A stretch of 64,000 nt of DNA, from NCBI GenBank assembly GCA_013239625.1, contig MU054220.1:2851374-2915373 (forward strand), read 5' to 3'. Below the pieces are notes generated by a model. It was not told where the DNA came from. It saw only the letters and a list, made by a program, of their open reading frames with translations, and did no database searches. Shown here one piece after another: positions 1 through 12,000 of the stretch. Within the stretch, counting starts at the first letter, position 1. Each line of letters begins with the position of its first letter. Made by a program: the position numbers and the translations under genes. Source of the stretch: Lama guanicoe (lineage: Eukaryota).

Positions 1-54
1 GGCTTTGTGAGAACCCAAACTAAAGTATATTCTTCTTTTGTTTCTCTGGCACAG

Positions 55-3000
55 AAACTTGCCTTCATGGTGTCTCTAGGGTTGGTAACACATGACCATC
101 TAGAAGGTAAGAGAAGACATTCATGATGCTGCCTTGCTTCTGGCCTAGAGCTTTGTTCTTGAAAATGGCGTTTGATTTATTATTAGAATAGAAACTTGGA
201 ACACAAATAGAGTATGGTTCAACCAGTGTGGACTTTCTTTTGGAGTAAACTTACCTTCCCTCTATCTGATGTTCCGCCTCTTTCCTGATCATTATTTATG
301 CATACTGCTCTCCTGGGGAAGCTTCCCTAGCTGCATGGATTAAGGTGACTTCTGTTCACTTAGAGAAACTTTTTTTTTTCTGGCAGCGCAAAGTAACAAA
401 TGCCCCTCTGACAAGCCTGTCTATATATCTCAGTCACTCTAGGTTATCAGAATCTTAAGACTAGTCGCAGAGCTATACCTGCCCTAGTTACTTAATTCAA
501 GAATGGTGAACTGTGGTTACTCAGTCTAGGTCTATGGGTAAATCTCATCCACACCTATATTACAGTGATCTAAAAATAAACCAGGACAGCTTGTTTGTAG
601 GTGTTATCTACTATTAAGCTCTCAGTCACAGAGCCGCACTGTAGGACAGTGTGGCCTTGCTTTCTGAGGGGTGAGAGTACATGGTCCCACATGCTTGTTT
701 CCAGCAGTGAGCTTGCCTCTGCTGAGGTTGCAGTGAAATCAGGAGACTTGCCCTCATTTCTGATTTGTTAAGGGAAAACCAATAGATAGCCAGCCAAGTT
801 CAGTATTTGAGGTTCTTCATACCCCTCTTCTAATCCGTACTTTTTGCTTTCCCAAGAAATCCAAAGCAAGAGGCAAGAGCGAAAAAGAAGAACAACAGCA
901 AACCCAGTGTACAGCGGCGCGGTCTTTGAGCCAGAGGTATTCCTGGCCAGCTCTTGGCCCTCCCCTCGCTTCTCCAGTTGTGTTCATGACTTGTTCAGCA
1001 CCCCCAGCTGAAACCCTGCTTAAGGGTAGTGCCCTGATTGCACTTGGCCAGCTTTGTGGAATGATGGACTTTTCTCTGGCTGACCACATTATTTCATTTT
1101 TATTATTCACTGTTTTCCCCCTTAGCTTTTTTTCCCAAGTTAAAGTAGATACAAGCCTACCTTAAAAATTTAACTCATCCTGTTATCTGAACAGAAGTGT
1201 CTTCTGAAGCAGAGGCAGACTCTGTGGAATATTTTCTCAGAGCCTAGTACCTGTGGTAGATCCCGCTAGCACCGAGACCTTGGGGTGACCAGCACTGACT
1301 AGGTGGCTTGTTTCTGGGCATGCTGTGCTTGGTCTTCAGTGTGTGCCAGTATTAGTAGTAACCATGCTGTTCAACCAGTCACCTTTCCTTCTTCAATCCC
1401 CAAAGCGTAAGAAGAGTGCAGTCACCTACCTGAACAGTACAATGCATCCCGGGACCCGGAAGAGAGGTGAGTACCTTTGCGGACCTCTCCCTTGCTGTTG
1501 CTTTGCTTTCTGTATTGTGTTTCTTTCCCCTCCATCCTCCCCTTGTCCTAGAGCCTGTCTAACGCCTGTATCCCTTGAAAATAGCTTTGTTGTTGTTCTC
1601 TGAGAATGGGGGGGCAAGAGAGTGAGATTTCTTATTAAGAGTTCTATATACTGAATCAGAAGCTGCCCTTCCTGGGATTCTGGCAAAGCTGACTCAGGGG
1701 AATTGCTTAATGCAGCGTTTCTGCCCTAGGCCCACTAGCCTGTCAGTGAATAGCACGGTGAACAGAACACCCTGTAAAAGGAAGCATTTTAACATCATTG
1801 AATGTACAGAACACTGCTATTGCCAAGGTGTTCTTAATAGTATCTAAGTTGTCCTAATGCCAGTGAATCCAGAACATGGCTGTTATGCTTCTGTGAGCTG
1901 CAGACTTTCCAGGAAAGAGAGAGGTAGCCACACTGAGAACTTGGAGTCTATGAGTAGAGGCTACCTCCAACTAAGGAAGAAAAGGTCACCATCAAAACAG
2001 GCTCCCCAAGACACAGATTCCTAAAGAGCTCCGTCCCCCAGTTGCAGACCTCCCAGGGTGGGCGTTCCTCCTCACTCTCAGGGCAGAGGCGGCAGCTGCC
2101 GCTCTCACCTTGCAAGTCTAAATAGGTCTTAATAGCTCAGAGTTTGAGCTCATAAACAAGGCTCTGAAATTGTTCTTTAATGTCAGGAATACATCCCAAG
2201 GTCCCTTTCTCCACATGATAATGTGTCCCTGAATTACAGTTCCAAGCTAGAAAGGTTGCAGAGTGAGTGGAGTAGCATACTAATTTTTGTGTATGCACAC
2301 GCAATCACAGAGCTGTTGGAAGCTTAGGAGGTCAGCCCGACCCTTTGTCTGCCATAGGCAGGGCTATGATTGTACCATTACCACCTCCTCCCTGCAGAGA
2401 GATAGCACACCCACTCTTAGGGACCCCATTCGAATGTTTCATCAGCCCCCTCCTCCAAGTAGCCAAAAAATGTTTAGATGGGAAACCCCAGGTCATTGCT
2501 TTATATCAGTTCATGGGCTGTAGTAACCAGTGTCATGGGTTAGTTTTTGTTGTTTTATTTCATTTTTGGCAATTTTTAGTGACTTCTGACACAGTTCTCA
2601 GAAAGGAGCCCCCAGCCAGAAGCCACAGTTAACTGGCCTGCAAGTGGGCAGTATCTGCTAAGAGGACAGAGGTTAAATGAGCCAGAAAGACCTTGATGTC
2701 TCTTGCCAAGGACAGGGGATGAAAGCCTGCATTCACAATGCCTAGGACGTGCCTTCTGTGGGTAAACAAGGAGCATTCATCTTCCACCTCCCCTTCTAGC
2801 TGCACCAAATTTCCTAGAAAAGACAAACCAGTACAACCTGTCCTTGTACTGCAGACAGTGCCAGTTTAACACAGATAGGTAATGTTCGTGTAATGTCTGA
2901 CAAAATCATGACTCTTGTGCATAATTCTCATATAAATTATAACTGTTGGCAAAGTCATGATCCCACATACCATCCACCAGTTTTCATAGGCAGTTGTGTA

Positions 3001-6000
3001 CCTCACTGGCTCTTTTTTTTTTTCTTTTGGCTGTGGTGTTGGGCATACGCTTTCGATCACTTACAGCTTAGAAGCTGTGACTTTGGCTCCTGGCTTAGAT
3101 ACATCGTAAGGCAACAGCGGTTGACCTGGACTTCCCACACCATCAGGGCTTATTCATAGATCCTCTGTAGCCATGAGATTTGATTCCAGATGCTCTTGCT
3201 TAGATGAGCTCTGCCACTGAGCAATGTTGCTGTTGAGAGGGCCTTTCCTGAGACTTTGGAACAGCAGCCCAGTTCTTAGACATGTAGTCCACCGGAATGT
3301 CTGTGCTGGATAGCAGGGAGACAGTTCTTGATGAACTGGGTGGAGGGTATCTGAGTCCAGACATACTTAAATTCATCAGTAAGCCCAGAACATCTTTTTA
3401 GCTCTTGGGTTCCAGCTGCTCCCAGAACATATCTCTTACTGGCTCTGCCAGCAAGGGGTAAGAATAGTTAACTGGAATTTTGCCTCCTCCCTCTGCCGTT
3501 CTCTACGCTCAAAAGCAATGAAATGACCAAAATGTAGATAAGAGAGAAAAGGAAAAGCAGAACTCCTCAATAAATCCATTTGTGAGAACTGAGAATCATT
3601 AATATTATTACAAGAGTGATGATTGCAGAAAAACCTTAGGGAACAGTATGCAAAAGATACGGGAAAATGAAACAAATTCTTATCCCTCGCCTTGGCTCCC
3701 ATTGAGCTTTGATATCTGGTTCTTGCATTAGAAATCTCAAGTTGTAATAGCTGAGGAATGTCACCGTAATCTGCCCAAGACAGGGACCTTCAACATAACT
3801 CAGCACCTCCTGTCATTCTCCAAGGCTCTCTTATCCTCCCTTCTTTTGAGACCCGTGCATTTGTTTCTAATGGCTTTTAAATCTTTGCTTCTTTTCCTCT
3901 CTTTGGGACTATTGTATTAACCTTCTGTCTGCTACCTCACTTCCTTTTCCATGCTAGCCAATGAGGAACACTGGCCAAAGGTATGTAAGATCATTTTTCC
4001 CCCTTCTTTCCCTTCCCCTTTTTTCCCTTTTGTTCCCTTCTCTCGGTATATAGGTCGTCCTCCAAAATACAATGCAGTGCTGGGGTTTGGAGCCCTTACC
4101 CCAACATCCCCCCCATCCAGTCATCCTGACTCCCCTGAAAATGAAAAGACAGAGACCACATTCACTTTCCCTGCATCTGTTCAGCCTGTGTCCCTGCCCA
4201 GCCCCACCTCCACAGACGTAAGTAACTTGGGAAAAGCTCACTCTTTCTCAGAGCTTAAATCGGGGAAACCGTTATCATATGTGTCTCCTTACCAGTTGCA
4301 TCTCCTTGACTAGCCCTGGAACAGTAGTAGTCCCTACAGGACACTGTATGCCATATAAGGCAGCTTTCTGCTGGAGCCCCAGGTCCTGCCTTGTCCTTGA
4401 GAATTATGTTAGACACGACATTAGGAAGCCCAGGCAGGGTTTTCAGAGTCTGGATTTTATCTGCCGTAAATGAGTTCTCAGGAAGGGGGATGAAGTGGGG
4501 AAGTCAGCTCATATAATTGAGAGGTGTGCAGGTTTCTGTCATCAGTGTTTTGGGATGGAGGCAGTGAACAGAGTGTATGTTCCCCTAGCCATCCCTGTTT
4601 CCTGCTTCAAGTAAAATTCAATATGTGAAAAACTTTTCTTTAAAGCAGCTTTATTCAAGGAGGGAGGGTATAGCTCAGTGGTAGAGCACATGCTTAGCAC
4701 GCACGAGGTCCTGGGTTCAATCCCCAGTACCTCCTCCAAACATAAATAAATGAATAAACCTAATTACCTCCCCCTCATAAAACAAACAAACAAAGAAACA
4801 AACAAATAAAGCAGCTTTATTGAGCAGAGTTGATCGGAAACAGGTTCCTGAAAAAGTGCCAAATACTTAGTAGCCCTTCACCCAGAAGCGGCAGGAGTGT
4901 AAACTAGTGCCCTCCGCTTTCAGATGAGCACTTACACAGCCATGAATTCACTCAGCAGATACTGAGCACTGCTGTGCTGAGAGAGCACTGTTCTTGAGGC
5001 CAGACACAGAACAGGGAACAAAACCAGCTCCCTGCCCTCAGGAAGCTCATATTACATGGCCAGAGGCAGGTGATAAGCAAATGAACGTATAAAATGTCAA
5101 GTAATAAGTGCTGTGAGGAACACTGGGACAGCATAAGAGGCTTGAGGAGTTCTGGCAGGAGACTGCTGTTTTACGGAGAGTACTGAGAGAAAGACTGATG
5201 GGAATGGAGTGTGTGGCAGTAGCTGTTGGGGGAAGGGTGTTCCATGCAGAGGGAACAGCAGTGCAGAAGCCCTGCTTGTAGGAGGAAGTGTGTATGGCAT
5301 AGAAATAAAGCAGGAAGCACAAAGCACGGGCCAGAGGAGTGGGCGAGCGGACCTCACAGGGCGCGGGGCTGGTCGTGTAGGGCTTTGTGGCTTCTTCTCT
5401 CAAGTCAAATGGGAGACACTGGAGGGCTTTAAGAAGAGGAGTAACATTATTTTTCAACTTTTTATTTTGAAATTTTTTCATATCTACAGAAAAGTCACAG
5501 TAACAACACAAAGAACAAATACATACCCTGCACCTAGACTCACCGCTTGTTACCATTTTGCCGCAGATGCTTCTTGCCCCCCCCTCCCCCACTTTTCTTG
5601 CTTATCTAGTTTTTGCAGACATCATGAATCTTCACCTGAAATACTTGAGTGTGTGTCTCCTAAAAGCAAAGATATTCTCTGGTATAGCCACCATGCAGTA
5701 TCAAATTGAGGAAATCTAATACTGATAAAACTGTTATTATAACATACAGTCCATCTTCAGCTTTCTCCAGTTGTCTCAGTAAATGCCTTAGCGGCATTTT
5801 GTGTTTGCTGCTCCAGGATCCAATCCAAGATTACTCTTTATATTTATTGTTCTGGTATTGTCTCTTTAGTCTCCTTACTCTGGAGCAATTTTTCAGCCTG
5901 TCTTTGTCTTTCATGACATTGGCATCTTTTAAAAGATAGACCAGTTGCTCTGTAGAGTGTCCCTCCCATTTGAATGATCTGATTGTTTCCTCAAGAATAG

Positions 6001-9000
6001 GTTCATTTTTGCAGGAGCACTAGGTGATGATGAACCCTTCTCAGTGCATCACAAGAGGCATGTGTTATCGGTCTGTCCCATTGTTGGTTATGTTAATTTT
6101 CATCTCCTAAGATAGATTCCATCAGATGTCTCCACTTGTAAAGCTGCCTTTTCCCTTAGGTGGAGATAGGCGTCTAGTCTGTAAAAATACCCAGTTCCTT
6201 AACAGACTTACTCAGTGGTTTTAGCATCCTTTGATGGTTCCTGCCTGCATTTGTTATTTTTAAGGAGTTTGCAAAATTGACTTGAATTTTGAAATGATGG
6301 CTGTGTCTGATATGGGGGAGGAGAAAGACTGAGGAGGATAGGATGGCAGCAGGAAGACCAGTTAGGACGCTGTTGCAGTCATCCAGGCAAGGGTTGATGA
6401 GAACTTGGCCTAATCAAATGGCAGAAGTAAAGATGAAGAAAACTGATTGAGTCTGCATACATTTTGAAGAGCCAGCAGTCTTAGATAATGGAATGTGAGA
6501 AGAAGAGAATAGCCAAGGGTGAATCCAAAGGTTTTGGCCTAAACAACAGGAAGGATGAAGCTGCCATTTTACTGGAAACGACAAGAGGAACAGATTGAGG
6601 AGTGAAGCCAAGAGTTTCATTTTGTACTTGCCCCATTTCTTTTGTGAATTGCAGAGTTTGTCTTTAGGATCATCTTGAGGTTAAATGTCCCTTGAACTTG
6701 AAGGTTCTTAGTACTTACTAAAGGTCTACCCCTCTCCAAAGAGCAAAAGAATACCAAATGCACACCCTGAGTTACAATTCCAGAAGCAACAAAGGAAGTG
6801 TCTTTGCAGGACCAGGGTCATAGAAGAGTTCTCTTCTCTGGCAGGTTTCCTTCCTTGGACATAGCTAGTGGCTACAGACCCAGCCCTGCTCTCAAGATTC
6901 AGCATTTCCTCCAGCTCTCCTGGCTTTTGGCATTAGTGATCGATACAGGTTTTCTGCCTGTCCTGACAATGAGCACCAGGAGTCCCTGTCAGAAACCTTG
7001 TTTGCTGGCACCAAAGATTATCCCCATTTTCCTCAGTTGAAGCATTGCCAAAGGTATTGCCAGCTCATGGCTTCATAGTAGGGATCCTTCACTGGGTGAG
7101 GCATGGATGCTGGGGAACAGACGGTGGTTCTGCATGTGAGTCTCTTTCGTAAAGAATGTTGGTTTTGTTTTTTTGCGATTTTTCGTTGAGGAGAGTTATG
7201 GTTTTCTTTGAGAGATTGAACCTGAAGGATCCACTCAGTCGAATCACAAGCTGAAAGCTTCAGCCAAGCTTCATCTTAAAATACAAACTTTGTTCTTTGC
7301 AGGAATCTAAAGGTAAAAGGAAGCTTTTCTAAAACCACTATAGATACGTTGAGAACTTTCTAAGTTAAACCTGGTGAAATGGATTTTCTTTAAAGATAAT
7401 TGACTTCTACTTTGACAGTGTCCCAACAGTGGCAGTGATTAAAATCAACACACAGGGCTCTGTGTTCGCTGCTGGATCGCATAAGCCCCAACAACATTAA
7501 TTAAACAATCTCAGTTGAGAGGCAAGCATTTCCTGGGGATCAATAACCATCTAGAAGGAGTTGTAATATAAGACCCAGCCGGTCACTAATCCTCAGGATG
7601 TACCTTGTTGCCACTATCATCATTTTTTATGAGAAGGGAAGATATGTTGACACAATTATAAAAATTTTTTAGCGAATGGTGAAGTTGCAGTTGATATAGC
7701 CAGGGAACTCAGCTCCTAGCAAAGACTCATGGGTTAGACATCATTCAACTTACTATTTGGTTTATGGTAGTAATTTGGTCAGTCACCAAAGCCTAAGCCT
7801 TTGGACCTGGTACAGCACCTCCGTGGGACTTCCTCTGCGCTCTTTAAGCAAAGAACCAATTCTGTGTGAATGAAATATATCTCCTGGCATTTTATATTCA
7901 TTTCTATGGGCAGTAGTTCTCAAAGTGTGGTCCTGGTTTCTCTGAGACTCTTTCAGGGCATCAAAATATAAAATAATTATATTTGTATATATTTTGAGTA
8001 ATAATAACAATCAAAATATTAAATGAAAAATATTTTCATGGTAACATTCTTTGCCATTTTCATTCTCATTCTCTCAAGAGTTAAAACAGTGGAGTTTTCC
8101 AGATACGACCTGACGAGTGATGTCTCACTCTGAAGGCTAACTGAATGTGCACTTGCGTGTTCTTGGGTTTTTTAATTTTTCAGTACATGATTTATGTAAC
8201 TTCCTATGATTCTATTATTATTTCAAAATAAAAAGTTTTATAACTTCTAATACAATAAATAGCAATTACAGATAACTCACATATGCAAAAACACTTTGAG
8301 GTCCTTAGTAATTTTAAAAGCTTAAAGGTGTCCTGACACCAAAAAGATTAAGAACTGCTGCTGTGGGATGTGTAAATAGAAGTTCTCTTTCCGTTAGAAA
8401 CTTGAAAGAAATTATTCAACCTTTATTTATGTACTCTCTGCCTTTCACTTGTTGACGTCCTTCTTACTCAGGAGGAAAGGAAAATGAGAACTCTTTACCC
8501 CCCCAAAAAAATAGGTATTTGGAATAAGATGTCCTGTTTGGCTCATTTATTCATCACTGATAATTTTACGGTTCATGTAAAGCAGTCTCGGAAACCATAA
8601 AATTTTTATAAAAGATGCAGACTTAAAACATGGGGCTAAAGTTCAAGAAAGGCTAGCTCTCTAGAGGAGAGCAGCCCTCAGCCTGATTTTAAGAACGAAA
8701 GAAGACAGTAACAGTTACTCTAGGGATGAACCCCTCCATCTTTGATGTCTTTCAGTGCCTGAAAGTTAATCCTCATGCAGTATTTTGCACATGTACAGAG
8801 TATCTTTTTTTTTTTCTGCCCAGAGGTAACATTGTCTTCCTTTAAAAGATTAAAATCCATCTACGCTTTGATGTATTTTGCATCTCTTTGCATATCTGGT
8901 TTTCTAGGCACCAGATAATCTGTAGATACTGCCAGATAGTTTCCTTTCCTTTTCTTTGGAGAGAAGTTGTTGGTCTGGGAAGATACGTTCCTTCAGCAGT

Positions 9001-12000
9001 GGTGGTTGAGGGCTTATATATCATAGAAAGGAAAAACTGGGCATTTCTCTCTGTTTCTGTGTTTTCTATGCAAAATTCCTGTATTAGCCTAGAATCCTGA
9101 AACAACACACTGGAAGTGAAAAGAGGTCTGCCTCGCTGCCTAATCTGTGGCACGATCCTTCGGCCTTCCCTTCTCTGCTGTCCTTAGCAGCAGCGTTAAT
9201 CCTGCTCAGAGACCAGGCCAGGGATTGGCTTACTGAAAAATACCTCATTTATTTTTTTTTTATGTGTTCTCTCCAATATTTAAATAGATCTGCCTTTTTC
9301 TGATGGTTCCTTTGTTCAGAGGGCTCCAGCAGACTTACCTGAGTATAAGAACTGTGACTGCTTGGAGCAGGGGAGACCAGCAGAGTGCACTTAGGCTGCT
9401 CTCCTTTTTCCATCTGGTGAAGTATTTTACAGGGAGGAATAAAGCCTCCCGGAATAGAATGGTCCATTGAACAGCAAATGCCAGACACTGGTTTTAAGAG
9501 AACGTTGTCAGCTGTTTGGTTTTTTTAATTTTTCATGTCAGAAAGCTCATAGGAGTTTAATTTGGGTGTGACTTAATCTTTTTCCTATTTGAACTTTGTT
9601 GTTTTTCTCCCAGAGCAAGCAAAGAGTTCAGTGAAAACCTCCATTTCTTATCTGTTCTTTGCCAGTCCTTCTAAACTTCCCCAAAATGATAAGTAATGAG
9701 AATTTTTTGTGTCCTACTGTGGAACACTTTGATGAATGGATTTCAGTGTCTTTAAACTTAATGATTTGTGGCTTGGACTCTGCCGAAACATAAATGCCGA
9801 GCTATCACCTGCAAAGCTAATTGTGGCCTAGGTGACTACAGAGTTATAGCTTCCTGTAAACTCTACTTTAAATTAAGAATGCTGGCCCCACCCAGGAACC
9901 CCAGTTGTATGGAGCAGGTGGAGGCATGTACCATTGGTGATTCCTACTTTTCTTGAACACTCTTGTAAGGAGTTGGAAGGGTGCATCTGATTGTCCTAAA
10001 ACATTTATATATATCTCCAGAATGTGCATGTTAACATACAAATTTTACCTTTTTTGTCCTTTCTCTTACCTTTCCTCTCAATTTCATAGGGTGATATCCA
10101 TGAGGATTTTTGCAGCGTTTGCAGAAAAAGTGGCCAGTTGCTGATGTGTGACACATGTTCCCGTGTGTATCATCTGGACTGCTTAGACCCTCCTCTGAAA
10201 ACAATCCCCAAGGGCATGTGGATCTGTCCCAGATGTCAGGACCAGGTACTGTGGGTGGGTCAGACAGGGTGAGGGACGGGGAGGGAGGAGAAGGACCCTC
10301 TAAGCTGGGGGAGTGGCTGAGTCTCTTCCCTCTCCTGAAGTTCTCCAGGCCACGTCTGCCCTGGTCACAGCACCACACTCACCCACACAACATCCGTCCT
10401 CGGGGGATCTCTGTCACGTCCATGAGGCAGGGACTCCGTGTACCGGTGGAGAGACCCTGCTTCCCTTTATTTGAAATAACTTACCTTCTCATTACCTTTA
10501 CCTTTGAAAGTCTGTGAGTCTCTCTGCCCCATTCTCTAAAAATGGTCTAAACTCAGCATATGGTTGAAACGCTGGAAATAAAGTCCTTAAAGGAAAGTGC
10601 CTATTTAATTCAAATAAGAACAGTTTCACTTTTAACCTGTGCTGTCATCAGGAACAGAGGACTGACTATGAAGTGCTGTCTTAATATTGCATTGACTTGA
10701 AAGAAGAAAAAGCCTTTTCCCCCCTTCTCTGTTTAGTTTCTGTTTTTTTTCCTCAACCATCTGTGTATCTTTACATCTTTATGTTTTTATTATTAGCTGT
10801 CTCAAGTCTTTCTTGGAAGTAGACAAAAGTATAAGTAGTAAATAAATAAGCCTAGTAGCTCACAAGCTTCGGGGTCCCGCTCAATTAATTGGAATCTTGA
10901 TTTGAGGGAATTCTGGTTTCCCCCTTTTATCTTGGTCCTCATCCTTCCTATCTCCATGATATAGTAGAGACAGTTCTCTGTTCTCTTCCTGATGCTGCTT
11001 TGTGACTTCTGATAATTTTCTACCGAGGGTCTAGGTTAAAATTAATTTTCTTGGTCAGGCTGTCTTTAAGGGACATATAAAGCTAAAAGTGAGACAGGCA
11101 GCTTATATCAGGTCAAGGACCAAACTGCTGCCATCATGCAGACTTGGTTCTGGCTTCAGGAGTAGCTGGGGGTCGGCGGCGGGCATGAAAACATAGGAAT
11201 GCCCAGCCAGGTCCCAGCTTCTTTCTAAGCCAGGGCTCAGGTGGCTTGGCTCTAACTGCCATTGACCCTCATTTTCTCAGGCTGTTCACTGGAACCTTGT
11301 AGTCCAGAAACTATAGACCAGGGTTTTGCAACACTGCCACCATAAATCCTTCCTGGATTTTGTCTGTCAATAGCTACACACACTGTTGCTTGTTATTACA
11401 CGGGGGATGTGTGTTTATACCTCTTTCTCAAGGATAAAATTCTAAAAATCTTTTCAGATGCTGAAGAAGGAAGAAGCAATTCCATGGCCCGGAACTTTAG
11501 CAATTGTTCATTCCTATATTGCCTACAAAGCAGGTAACGGGTTATCCATATTACCCCCTTTTGTATAAATATCCCTTTATTTAAAAAAAAAGTATTAGAA
11601 GACAGCATTTTTGTTTTCAAAAGGAAATGTATAAGCCAGAAAGAGAAAGAAAAATGCCATATGATATCACTTATATGTGGAATCTTTAAAAAAAAAAAAA
11701 GACACAAATGAACCACTTATTATTTGTAACTTGGATGATTTCTTGAATATGTGTAAGCACATTTGACTGTCCTTTATGATTGGATTACTGCATTCTGTTG
11801 ATTATTTTGTGGTTGGCTTTATTTCTTTGATAACTATGTAAGTTTAAAAAGTTAAAGCTCTAAAATGTTCTTAGAAACAATGAACAGTACATATGTGTAA
11901 ATTTTTTTAAAAGGAAATTTAAAGTTAAAAATGAAAAGTTTTTATTGAATGAAATTAGTTTATTATAGTACTTTCTTGGGAAGGAAAAATGAAAAGTGAT

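Noticed and set aside
4663..4735. Apparent tRNA-Ala(AGC) gene
   Set aside because: It has an A-rich tail and a perfect TSD, so it is a tRNA-derived SINE head rather than a tRNA gene.
5047..5709. Overlapping 166-181 aa ORFs on both strands
   Set aside because: They lie in decayed L2/L1M sequence inside a PHF21A intron, with no recognisable protein or splice support.
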